Shown: in pieces, positions 50,769 through 62,550 of the stretch | How the letters are laid out: each line of letters opens with the position of its first letter | Position numbering within the stretch: position 1 is the first letter of the stretch | Assembly: GCF_004010195.1 (NCBI RefSeq) | Contig: NC_057719.1 | Span: 72,193,335-72,257,334 of the forward strand | Direction of reading: 5' to 3' | DNA: 64,000 bases | From: Chiloscyllium plagiosum | Lineage: Eukaryota | Notes under the pieces: generated by a model | Seen by the model: only the letters and a program-made list of their open reading frames with translations | What the model was told of the DNA's origin: nothing | Database searches by the model: none | Program-made: the position numbers and the translations under genes

Positions 50769-52359
50769 GTTTTTTTTGTTTAAATGACTTCAAAATAAAT
50801 TTAAAATTGTCAGAATTCCCTTAGAAACCAATGACTTAAGAAGTTGATATACCACTGATTAACTAACACAACTGAAATATGTCTTGAAACACTTTTATGG
50901 AATGTCATACTTCTGGTCAATTTGTAAAATTAAAAGAGCAGTCCTACAGTTACTTCCATCTCCCAAACAAGGGCTCACTTCTGAAAAAAAAAAGTCATGG
51001 AAAAACTCAGTAGGTCTGGCAACAAATGTGGAGAAACCGAGTTAACCTTGAGAGTCTGATATTATTGTCATCCTGTTTCCCCTCCTCAGTCAAACCAAAA
51101 TGCACAGAGACACGATATAGTTTTTCCTCCATCTTTATTCTGGGCTCTGGAGGGGTAGAGAACAATCGCCCATGTGCACAGGGACTTGAGTTCACTGTGT
51201 TCTCTGGAATAGCAGTTTCTTAATGAATTATATAGTCATTTTACAGGGAGGAGCTTCCAGATAAGGCAACATGCATATTAATTGGGTGACCGTTACAATC
51301 AGCAAGTGTCAATAGTAAAGATTAAGCCATCTACTGTTACACAATGAATGTTCTTAACCTTGTTAACTGGCTTCACATAATGAATACTTTTCCCCTTGTT
51401 AACTGATGTTACATACTAAATGCTACCTTATCCTGTTAAATGGCTGTACATAATGAATGCTTTTCTACCTTGTTAACCCATTATTTGTGGCTCCAGCACC
51501 CCACTGTTAACTGTAAGTTCTTATCTAATCTGAGTCATGTTCAGCTGGACCTCTTGTTTCACAAAACTCAGAACTTAACTTTTCCTTGCCTGCTTATACC
51601 CTATGCACATTCTCATTCCCTCTTTTTATCATTTCATGATAACCAATGGCATTACCAGCTTTCATAAGACAGTGACAGCCAGTATTTAAGCAAGTTATTG
51701 ACACACAGCATACACTGATTATAACAACAAAAATTACTAGTCTGTTACAGTAATTAGAGTTTGAATAATCCTCCCATGTGGAAAAAAATTCACCAGTAAA
51801 GTTCTTAAATCCCCAGTCCTTAGTGACCACTCCATCCTCTCCAAGTCGAGCGGAAACGAGCCAGTTCTCCAAAGTTTCCTTTAGTAAAGTCCAACCGGAA
51901 ACAAAAATTCAGTCTGTCCTTGCATCACTCCTCGGAGAAATCTGATTTCTTGGATAATAGCAGTAAAATACTTAAAGCTGACGACACTTCCAACCTTCCA
52001 GAGATGCTTCAGATGGAGGATACCAGTGCATCTGAGCATGCAGTGCAGTGCAGCAACTGCAACTGCAGCCGCAGGCCAGGTGAATGCAGCATTCTTTGCT
52101 GCTTCTGCTCCTGCTCTGCTGTTAAATGTAACAAAGCCAACTGGCTGTTGTGATGTTAGCTTGATCAGTGTACCTTCATATCCCTTAAATGATCGAAAGA
52201 GAATGCAAAGCTCCCGTGATTTAATGTCCGTAGGAAGGCCACTGACAAAAAGTGTACCGACCTCCATTGTTGTTAGCTTCTTCACTTTTCATGCTCATGA
52301 CTGGGGAGCTGATTGAATCCGTTGGATCTGGTTTTGGAGGGGTGAGCGGTGGTCCAAAG
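50769..52359 (-). pseudogene. RBPMS2: Processed pseudogene of RBPMS2/Hermes (RRM protein) in SCFD1 intron 1; ATG at 52298, CDS remnant to about 51972, internally deleted
   Basis: [100 protein letters not shown]; intronless, with frameshifts; T run at about 50770 and candidate TSD GGATGC(C)TTT(T)A at 50757-68 / 52360-69 (outer limits less sure). Confidence 0.85.
51339..51480. repeat. About 4 degenerate tandem copies of a 36-37-bp unit
   Basis: Consensus about ACATAATGAATGCTTTTC.CCTTGTTAACTGGCTGT. Confidence 0.7.
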
Positions 52360-53815
52360 GGATGCTTTACCCATGAATGGAGAAACTCTAGAGATGATGT
52401 TAGCTGCTGAAAGTATCTTTACATTTCCTATCTCAATCCTTCCTTGCCAAAGCGGTTATCAGTATGAAGACAGTTGCGCATTTGACTACACTAAATTGTG
52501 CCTTGCCTATTTCAACATTCTCAGTCATTTTTGAAGTCTGTTACTCTGTTCAGTATTAATGACATTATCAAGTTTATGTGGTGAGTGCAGTTGAGTTTCT
52601 CGTCAATCATAACTCCCCCGGATGTTGGTGGTGGGGGATTCAATGATGATAACACAATTGATTATCATGGGTTGGTGATTAGATTGTCTTTTATTGGAGA
52701 TTGTCAGAGCTGGCATTTCTGTGGTGCAAATGTTTCTTGCCACGTCTCACCGAAAACCTGGATGTTGTCTAGATCTTGTTGCATTTGTGCCTAGACTGCT
52801 TCAATATCTGAGGAGTCACAAATGGTGCTGAATGTTGTGCGATCATCAGCAAACATCCCCACTTCTGACCTTAAGATAGTGGAAATGTTATTGATGAAGT
52901 AGCTGAAGAGAGTTGGTCCTAGGAACTCCTGCAGAGATTTCTGGAGCTGAAATAGCTGACTTTCAAAAACCACAACCATTATCCTATATGCCAGATATGA
53001 CTCCACCCAGTGGAGATTTTGCCCCCAATACCGATTGATTCCAGTTTTACTTGGCTCCACGATACTGCATTTGATCAAATGCAGCCTTAATGACAAAGGC
53101 TGTCACACTCACTTCACCTCTGGAATTCAGCTCTTTTGTCCATGTTTGGACCAAGGCTGTAATAAGGTCAGGAGCTGAGTGACCCTGGCAGCATCCAAAC
53201 TGGGCATCACTGAGCAAGTTATTACTGAGCAAATATATTGAGCAGATGCTGCTTGATAGCACTGTTGATGACATCTTGATGATTGGAACTAGACTGCTGA
53301 AGTGGTAATTGGTTGGGTTCACCTTGTCCTTTTTAATGTATAGGACATACTTGGGCAATTTTCTGCATTGTTGGGTAGATGCCAGTGCTATAACTGTAAA
53401 GGAAGAGATTGGCTAGGAAAGCAGTAAGGTCTTCAGTACTATTGCCAGAGTTATCAGTGCCTTAAGCCTTTAATATCACGTGGGGTCAATTGAATTGGCT
53501 GAAGATTGGTATCTGTAATGCTGGGAACCACTGGAGGAGGCCGAAATGGATCATCCCACCCCTACCATGCGGCACTTCGGCCGAAGATTGCTGCAACAGT
53601 TTCAGCCTTACCTTTTGCACAATGTATTGGGCTCTTCCATCTTGGAGGATGGGGATATTTGCGGAGCCTGTTCTTCCTGTGAGTTGTTTAATTGTCCATT
53701 TATAACTGGATAGATCTGATTTGTTGGTTGTGTGATCGCATAGCTTTGTCTATCACTTGCTGCTTTTGATGTTTGACATGCAAGTAATCTTGTTTGATAC
53801 CTTCACCAGGTTGAC

Positions 53816-54396
53816 TGTTAAGTTCTTTTTCCTGACCTTCTTACACACTTGATGCAACTGCAACACACCAACTTCTGTGAACAACAACCAAATTTTATTA
53901 AGCACGTACAGTACAAACCTTCTGGAGGAACCTTTACCACACACCTCACAGGGTTTACGGGGTCATGGCAAAATCTCTCCCTTGACAAAGGAAACAGTCC
54001 TTCCTTTATACAAAACCTGTATATCACAGTTAGTAATGCCCACAAGACAACCCCTCGCCATCCCCCTCACAATCACATGCCACTCAAGACACAATGCAGT
54101 GACCACCTCACCTCCAGAAGCAATGTAATGCAAATCATCCCTGAATGGCCAGATCTAGTGAGAGTTGTATTTTTAAAACTACAGGGAGTAGTCAGAATTC
54201 CAACTATAATATTCTTATTGATTTCTGAATAGGGGATGAAAATGTAAATATCTCTGAATGGCAAGGAAATGGCCATGTGAATGGCTCCGGATAATAGGAC
54301 ATGATAAGGTAATTTCTAAGTCAGAGGCATCCCACCCTAGCCTCGGGAAATCCAATTTCCTGCAGGTCAGCAAAGCAAGTTAACTCTTCAATATCA
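53816..54396 (-). mobile_element. Solo LTR (581 bp)
   Basis: TG...CA ends (TGTTA / TATCA), 5-bp TSD TTGAC/CTGAC, splits the host LINE at CCAGGTTGAC|ACCTCA; minus-strand AATAAA near 53895. Confidence 0.75.
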
Positions 54397-54440
54397 CTGA
54401 CACCTCACTTTTAAGTATGTCTGGTGTTGCTCCTGGTATG

Positions 54441-54584
54441 GAGAAAGTAAGGACTGCAGATGCTGGAGATCAGAGGACAAAAGTGTGGCAGCATCCAAGG
54501 AGCAGGAGAGACAATGTTTCAAGCATAAGCTCTTCAATCAGAAACGTTGACATGTCTGCTCCTCGGATGCTGCCTGACGCTAGC
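54441..54584. mobile_element. Fold-back family-B Penelope-like insert
   Basis: GGCAGCATCCAAGGAGCAG...CTGCTCCTCGGATGCTGCC inverted arms turning at TCAGGAAACG; TSD CCTGGTATG (54432-40 / 54585-93). Confidence 0.75.
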
Positions 54585-55349
54585 CCTGGTATGCCCTCTG
54601 GCTTGATGGTAGTGGTTGAGTGGGGGATATGCAGAACCATGAGCTTACAGATCAACTCAAAATAGTGCTGCTGCAGAGCCATTCTTAACGGTGGACATTG
54701 AAATTCCCCCACCCAGAGTACATTTTGTGGCCTTAACACTCTCACTCATTCCTCCAAGTGTTTTTTTTCAACATGGCGTACTCATTCATCAGCTGAGAGA
54801 GGATGATATGTAGTAATCAGCATCAGTTTTCATTGCCCATGTTTAACTTGGAGTCAATGTTGAGGACTCCAAAAGCAACTCCCTCCCAACTGTATACCAT
54901 TGTGCCACCACCTCTGCTGGTTCTGTCCTGAGGTTGGGACAGGACATATCCAGGGATGGTGATGATGGTGTCTGAGGTATTGTCTGTAAATTATGAACCA
55001 ATTAATATGACTGTATCAGGCCGTTGCTGGGCTAGTCTGTGAGACAGCTCTCCCAGTTTTGGTACCAGCCCCCAGATCTCGGTAAAGAGGACTTTGCAGG
55101 GTTGACAGGGTTGTTTCTGCCGTTGTCTCTTCCAGTGCCTAAGTCAATGCCAGATGACCTGTAGTATTTCTATGTTGGGATTGTTGGGATCTTTGTTAGT
55201 ATGTAAAGTCAAGGCTGCATAAGTTATTACAATCATAACTTTCTGGAAAACAATTTTCTGCTTAATTCACTCTTAGCCAGTTTCCACAAGAAATATTTTT
55301 ATTTTAGTATTGTCTAAGCAGCTTTTTCATATCCAAATCGAAATTTTAT

Positions 55350-57830
55350 TGAGAAACTCAGCAGGTCTGGCATCATATGTGGTGGGAAAGCAGAGTCAAT
55401 GTTTTCAGTGACCCTTTTTCAGAACTGATTGTAGCTAGGAAAACGCTGAGGATGGGTGAGGGCTGGAAAGGAAGGGAATGAGTAAATGATAAGTGGAGAT
55501 GGAGCCCAGAGAGAGAACAGCAGTTGGCCATATAAAGGGATAGATAATGGTGTGCTGGGAAGAAAGAGAAACTACGGAAGGAGACCATTAGTGGGTGGAA
55601 ATGATGAAAGCACCCCATGTGATGCTACGACCTGGGGTGTGGGGTAAGTAAAGGACATGGAAAAAGGTACTCAGGCTCTAAAACTATCAAACTGGATATC
55701 GAGTCTTGAAGGCTGCATGGTTTCCAAACAGAAAATGAGATGTGGTTCTTCCATCTTGCACTAAGCCTTGCTGGAGCACTGCAGAAGCCCTTGATACAGA
55801 TGTTGTCCAGGGAATGTGGTGGTGTGTTAAACTGGCAAGCAGCCAGAAGTTTGTGGTCAATTTTGCAGACAGAATGTATGTGTTCCAAAAAGCAGTCACC
55901 CACTCTGCGTTTCGTCTCACATTGTAGAGGACACCACATTGCGAGCAGCGAGTACAATAAACCAGACTAAGTGAAGTGCGCTGCTTCACTGAAAGCTGTC
56001 TTCGAAAGTGAGAAGGGAAGGAAATAAGCGGGCAAGCGTTGTAATCTGCGGTTGCCGGGGAAGATGTCATGGAGTGTGTGGGAGATGTAGGGAGTGGAAG
56101 AGGAATGGACCAGAGTTTCCCAATGGGAACAGTCCCTGCAGAAGGCTGACAAGGGAGGGGAGGGGAATGTGTGTCTGGTGGTGGTATCTTGCTGTAGGTG
56201 ATGGTCATGGCAGCTAATAATCCTTTGGATGTGGATGCTGATAGGATAGAAATTGAGGACTTGGGCTACCCGGTCTGGGAAGAATGAGTGAAAAGAGGGA
56301 GCAAGGGCAGAAATACAGGAAATTGGTGAGGAATCCTTAGTTGTGGAAATAAAGTTGACATCTCTGAGGCTGCGCTATGGATGTTGGCATCATCAGAACA
56401 GATGTGATGGAGATAGAGAAACTGGGAGAATGGAATGGAATCTTGACAAGAAGCAATGTGAGGATATATCGTCCAAGTAACTGGGAGTTGGTGGCTTTGT
56501 AATGGATATTGCTGGCCAGCCTGTATTAAAAATGGAAACAGAAATGTCAACAAAGGGAATGGAGGAATCAGAAATGGACCAGGTGAAGGTGAGGGCAGGA
56601 TGGAAATTGGAAGCGAAACTGAAAACATTTTCCAATTCCAGACAAGAGAGTGAAGCATCACTGATGATATCATCAACGTACTGGAGAAAGAACTGTGGGG
56701 AGGGAGCCGAGTAGGATTAGAATAGTGTATGTTCCGTGTATCCCATATGGAGACAGGCATATCTGGGGGCTATGTGGGTAGCCATAGCCACACCTTTATG
56801 TGAAGAGAATAAGAGGCGTTAAAGAAGAAGTTATTCAAAGTGAGGACAAGCTTGGCCAAATGGTGGAGGATGATAGTAGATGGAGGCAGTTCAGGCCATT
56901 TTTCCAGGAAGAAGTGTAGAGTCCATCCTGATAGAAAATGGATGTGTAAAGGGATTGCACATCCAGTGAAGAGGAGGAAACTCTGAAACTATTGTAAAGT
57001 GTCAGAAGGATCGTGGATGTGAATGGGAAGGGACTGGACAAGAGAAGAAAAAATGGAGCTGAGGTAGGAAGGAATAAGCTCCATGGAATGGGACCAAGCA
57101 GAAACAATGAGTCTGTCTAGGCAGTCCTATTTGTGGATTTCAGGGAGAAGATAGAATGTGGACTACATTGGGTTGGGCAAGTGTGAGCTTGGAGGCTGTT
57201 GGAAAGAGATCCCCAGATGTGTGGAGTTTGCACATTCTCCCCGTGTCTGCATGGGTTTCCTCCGTGTGCTCCGGTTTCCTCCCACAATCCAAAAATGTGC
57301 AGGTTAGGTGAGTTAGCCATGCTAAATTGCCCGTAGTGTTAGGTGAAGGGGTAAATGTAGGGAAATGGGTGGGTTGCACTTCAGCGGGTCGGTGTGGACT
57401 TGTTGAGCCGAAGGGCCTGTTTCCACACTGTAAGTAATCTAATCTAATCTAATCATAAAATGAGATTAGTGACTGTGGACACTATAGCCTAATGTTCAAT
57501 GGTGGCATCATGGTCCAGTGGAAGATCAGAGGAAGTGATTACAAAGTTAGGGTTGGATCTGAGAGCCCAGGGTACAGTCAGTTCAGAGGGAGATAGATTG
57601 GGTGAGGGGCCAGAGAAATTAAGGTAACCGATGTCACGTTGACAGTTCTTAATGAACAAGTCAAGTGCAGGTAAAAGGCCAGAAGGAGGAGTCCAGATGG
57701 AGGCAGAGTGTTGGAGACAGGTGAAATGGTCTGCAGGTTGGGGAAAGGATTATTAGCAAAATAAATGGGAACAGAGGAAAAGACGACATAAGTAGTGTTC
57801 AGCGTCATTGTTTCCAGGTTTTCTACTCTC
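55350..57830 (-). mobile_element. Penelope-like element with RT and GIY-YIG endonuclease (decayed; family D terminus)
   Basis: SLDVQSLYTSI, GVAMATHIAPRYACL (GxAMG..gPsYA), YVDDI, FHPALTFTWSISDSSIPFVDI; GIY-YIG remnant VYCTRCSQCG..Y / ETKRRVGD.F.EH..V...H; degenerate hammerhead at about 55395-55425. Confidence 0.85.
57219..57453 (+). mobile_element. 5'-truncated HE1-type SINE nested in the Penelope-like element
   Basis: GTGTGGAGTTTGCACATTCTCCCC...CTGTAAGTAATCTAATCTAATCTAATC. Confidence 0.88.
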
Positions 57831-58049
57831 CTTCAAAGGATTTATTTTGTTCTGTTTCATCATTAGCTTTGAGTACTGTTGCTAACTGCTTTATCGCATG
57901 TAGGTCTTTCCTACATTTTTAATTTGGACAATTTTAACTCTTCTGTAACTACCATTAATCTTTTATTTTAGGTGCGATAATCACATTTTAAAAAATTAGC
58001 ATATTGAAATGTGTCTTAACACATCCTTTGTAAATTTTATTTCTTGAAA

Positions 58050-60300
58050 TCAGGTTGTAGAATGTGGTTGACTGCATTTTTTTCCTGATGACTTCAGTTT
58101 CAGAGGTTCAAGTGGACTTTCCCAAGATTATTGGAGACAACAGTGCCTTCCCCCCCCAAGTTATTTGCTAATAAAAATCCACACCATCATTGGTAAATTA
58201 AGAATAACACCTGCAATTACAGGACTGGCAATGACGTCACATTGAAATTCATTTTACACAAAATAAAAGGTAAATAATTTCTATTAATAGGCCATATGTT
58301 TTTATTCTGGACACCAATTCCTGTTAAAGTCAGGGCAGTGCTGATCCTGTATCACTAAAAATAACAATTGGCTTCTCTGTCTCAACAGTCAAGAATGGAG
58401 ACACTTCATCTTTAAATAGAAAACTTCCATGATTTCTAGTATCCTAATCCACTTTAATGGATAGGCTTTACTCACCTGGTCGGTACCTTCTCAAGACGAA
58501 CTGTATAACCTTACAACTTCTATAGTCTTGCTTTATAATTTCCAACATTCAGCATTCACATGCCTCTTTTTATTAAATGACAACATGATTACTTCTGAAT
58601 TAAACTTATCTGTTAAACTGTCTTTTATATGGGTCTGACATTCCTCCAACCACATCCACCATTTTCCTCATTATAATCGGGCTTTTTATACCTTCAGTTT
58701 TTCTGTGGGTTTGCAAACAAAACTCTGTTACTAACATATTTGTGAAATAACTTGTCACCTGCCATTACTGCAGCCTCTCTTATTTTCAAAACATTATAGC
58801 CTTCCAGGTAGACCTCACTCTCAATTTATGTTTAGATTAGATTAGATTACTTACAGTGTGGAAACAGGCCCTTCGGCCCTACATGTCCACACCGCCCCGC
58901 CGAAGCGCAACCCCTACCTTTACCTCTTACCTAACACTACGGGGAATTTAGCATGGCCAATTCACCTAACCTGCACATCTTTGGACTGTGGGAGGAAACC
59001 GGAGCACCCGGAGGAAACCCACTTAGACATGGGGAGAACGTGCAAACTCCACACAGTCAGTCGCCTGAGGCGGGAATTGAACCCGGGTCTCTGGCGCTGT
59101 GAGGCAGCAGTGCTAACCACTGTGCCACCGTGCCGCCCTCAAAATTAATTTAATTTGTATTTGAATTCTTCCTTCAGAATTATTTTCCTTAAGATTCTCA
59201 AAATTTGGGGCAACCTTCATTCACCTATACCATCTACAAAACCCAATTTCCTTTTCTCTAAGAAGCTCTCTTTCTTAGTTATATTTCTGTCTTTAAGCCT
59301 CTGACACTAATGCATTGAGAGCAGCAGTTTTAAGGGTATCATGGTTGTCAGACTGTCCATCTGAAAGAGATCAGTGAACGTCCAAAGCTTTACCTCAAAC
59401 ACTAATAAAATTGTCCAATTTATGTACAGCACTGCAGTTTTGTGGCAATTTTCTGAAATGACAGGAAGTACATTTCAACTTCCTTCTCACTGAATTTAAG
59501 CACAAAGCAAATGTTCATTGCCAAATTAAAACAAGGAATTAAATCTGAATCTCCTGAAGTTTTACCAGCAACCCCATTCACATAATCGAAATGTTTCCTT
59601 TGCAAATTAAAAATTGCTAATTTCCTTTTCTCTCTGAAATACCCTTTTGTCCTCTTTGGAATTTTAATTCCAGTTTCTCTTTCTCTTTCCAGTTCAAGTT
59701 GCATCATTTGCAGTTGAAATCTGGATTAACTGTTGACTATCAGGATGACATTTTCTCCTCAAGATTCAAGTGTTGAGCAATATTTCAACTATCTTTGCCC
59801 TTTTAAGGTCTACTTCCAAGCAACAGATATTTTCTCTCTGCCACAGCCTTCATATCAATCTTTGCAAACTGTTCCAAGGTGCTATCAGACAGGTCTTATT
59901 TTTCAAAAACAAATATACATGAGCAACAGAAATAGCCATATAGATTTTTCATTAAAAACAGAAAAAGTAAATGTGAAATCTAGTTTGTATAAACTCTTGA
60001 AAATTCCATTCCTTTGGGTTCAATCATGCAAACATTGCCAAATTGTTATGATCCCCATAAAGACCAATAACTTTTAAAACATGAATTTCTCAAATGACCA
60101 GAAATAAAGAACAGAATTTCACCTTTTAAGATTTTTACTGTAACAAAAAAACTTAAAATCAACACAAATCAGTACTTAACAGGCAACTAAACACCAAATT
60201 AAAGAAAAAAAATCTTACAAAGCATTTTTGTGCAAACGAAAACGCACTTTTCCCTATAAAGGCAAGGAAATGAAACTCAGTTTTCTTCAATAATCATTCC
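58050..60300 (-). mobile_element. Decayed Gypsy-like gag-protease relic
   Basis: MMQLELERERE coiled coil, KFSEKEVEMYFLSFQKIATKL gag motif, protease-end FLLANNLGG (LLGNDLAG-like) near 58160; limits approximate. Confidence 0.55.
58832..59138 (-). mobile_element. HE1-type SINE
   Basis: Full-length copy with (TCTAA)n tail. Confidence 0.92.
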
Positions 60301-61517
60301 ATTCAGCCTTTTTCCTGATAGTTACCAGCAGCAAGGTGTAGCTTTTTGATTTTCCTTAAATCTTCAAGAGCTCTATAGTTCTGTTCCTTTTTTTTTGAAT
60401 AGTAACCAAACTCACTAACATTCTGCTTCACTATTAATACAAACACAATAAATCCTGATGTCCAAATAGCAGATGAGGAAGGTTGGATAACTAAGGGGCT
60501 TGATGGCTGGTTTGTGATGCAGAGTGATGCTAACAGTGTGGGTCAATTCTCACTCTGGCTGATGTTACCATGAAGGTCTCTCCTTCTCAACTTCTTGCAC
60601 CAGTTTAAACCACTACCAGTAATCTCTCTCTTATGAGAGAGCAGCTATGTGATCTCTTGAACTGTGTTGACTTTACAGCAGGACTATGGAGAAAAGGCAA
60701 GGGAGTGGCAAAAGGCTAGCATGGATGTGACAAGTTGAATGATCAACCTTTGCCATTTCCATTTTATGACTTCAACACTAGTTTTGTTGTATTGAAATTT
60801 ATGTATTGTGATGAAGCAATGTAAAATCAAAGCCTACATTAAAATAAGTTGAATATGCAGTAATGCGTACATTAATTTTCGTTACTGGGTGATTCGATAA
60901 ACAAGAAATTAGTCATTTTTAGTGATGCTGCATCTGTAAAGCTTTCTGATAGGTATTTGTGTGCAGCTGGCTTCATAAAATGGTTAGTCGTTGAAATTGG
61001 CAAAAGTTCTTTACTCTAAAGTACTAAAGTTTTTGTTTTAAAATGTCAGTATTACTTTAACTGAGGAAACACCAACAGTCTTGGAAATTGACTTAGTGGA
61101 AATACTTTATAAGGATTGTTCTGTAGTTTGCCTGTTGAATGGTGCATAACTATTATTTGTGACACTATGTATTTTACAAAATGTGTGGATGGGGAAGAAT
61201 AAGACTTTTCCTTAATAGCTTGAAACAAACATTGTAAGGAAAGGAAATCTCCAAGATCAAATGAGTGGATGCAATCCTTCAATTATCTAACTTTCACAAA
61301 AATAATTGCTTGTACTAAGCAGTTATTGGTGATAGTGGAAGCAGAGCCTCTTGTAATGTTTTGTACTGTTTGTAGAAAATCATTTCTAAGTTTGGTTTTG
61401 GGTATCATTTGTGTATGTTGACAGGTTCCCTTCTTTAATTTAATGGCAATTGTTACAGTTAAGTTTTAAATATACATAGGTGGATGCCATTGATTGGAAT
61501 TTTGTTTCATTTTACAG

Positions 61518-61588
61518 CTGCTTTAAAGCGAATGTTAAATTTCAATGTCATTCCAGTGAAAAACAGCACCACAGAGCCTGTATGGAAG
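61518..61588 (+). CDS. SCFD1: SCFD1 coding exon 2
   Basis: tttacag|CT ... AAG|gtgagg, 71 nt; AALKRMLNFNVIPVKNSTTEPVWK. Confidence 0.96.
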
Positions 61589-61969
61589 GTGAGGAAATAG
61601 CTAGATTTCTAGCAAATGTGTTGTAATCAAAAATAACTTTTCCTGCTAATGCTCCAAAGTTAGCTTTTTAAATTTGCTCCCTGATAATCCAATCTAATAT
61701 TAGTGAATCACTGTAGATCTGACACAACATGTACGCAAAGTTTTCGTTATGCAAAGCCTCAAAATGGTTGCAAAACAATAAATGGTGCAAAAGTACAGAT
61801 TAATATTAATGTTACATTCCGTTTGAGTTGGAAAAACAGTATTCTTTACCAGTACAAAGGTTGAGTCAAATCAAAGCAAAATACAGCAATTGCTGGAAAT
61901 CTAAAATAAAAACAGAAAATGCTGGAGAAACTACAAGTCTGGCATCTGGAGAGAGAAGCAGTTCATCTG

Positions 61970-62550
61970 TTGTGGTTCTGTTCGCCGAGCTGGGAATTTG
62001 TGTTGTAGACGTTTCATCCCCTGTCTAGGTGACATCCTCAGTGCTTGGGAGCCTCCTGTGAAGTGCTTCTGTGATGTTTCCTCCGGCATTTATAATGATT
62101 TGTATCTGTCGCTTCCGGTTGTCAGTTCCAGCTGCAGTGGCCGGTATATTGGGTCCAGGTTGATGTGCTTATTGATTGAATCTGTGGATGAGTGCCATGC
62201 CTCTAAGAATTTCCAGCTACTACTATTATAGGACAAGCCAAACAGAGAACAGCCAGGGAATTCCTAGAGGCATGGCACTCATCCACAGATTCAATCAATA
62301 AGCACATCGACCTGGACCCAATATGTCGGCCACTGCAGTGGACAGCTGGAACTGACAACTGGAAGCGGCAGATACAAATCACTATAAATGCCGGAGGAAA
62401 CATCACAGAAGCGCTTCACAGGAGGCTCCCAAGCACTGAGGATGTCACCTAGACAGGGGACGAAACGTCTGCAACACAAATTCCCAGCTCGGCAAACAGA
62501 ACCACAACAAAGAGCACCCGAGCTACAAATCTTCTCCCAAACTTTGAAAA
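61970..62550. mobile_element. Penelope-like element end with inverted arms of about 245 bp, GIY-YIG C-terminus and hammerhead motifs (family A)
   Basis: Arms 61970-62214 / 62256-62507; + strand IIGQAKQRTAREFLEAWHSSTDSINKHIDLDPI; 11-bp TSD CAGTTCATCTG (61959-69 / 62551-61). Confidence 0.88.
62433..62472 (+). ncRNA. Minimal type-I hammerhead ribozyme motif, sense to SCFD1 pre-mRNA
   Basis: GCA-CTGAGGA-T-GTC A CCT AGAC AGG G GAC-GAAAC-GTC-TGC. Confidence 0.72.

Larger units (their letters stand above)
52570..55160 (-). mobile_element. CR1/L2-clade LINE (same family as 40200-42800) with nested solo LTR and fold-back insert
   Basis: NLLSDAQFGC..HSAPDLITALVQTWTKELNSRGEV, GPTLFS.FIN, GMFADD. Confidence 0.85.

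Noticed and set aside
51339..51480. 36-bp periodic repeats that could suggest a CRISPR array
   Set aside because: Units are contiguous and degenerate with no unique spacers, there are no cas genes, and the context is vertebrate
51881..52285. 134-aa RRM ORF as a functional gene
   Set aside because: The true ATG is out of frame, the RRM is truncated by deletion and the C-terminus is frameshifted, so it is a pseudogene
53849..54232. 127-aa ORF
   Set aside because: Lies inside the solo LTR, with no recognisable domain or splice support
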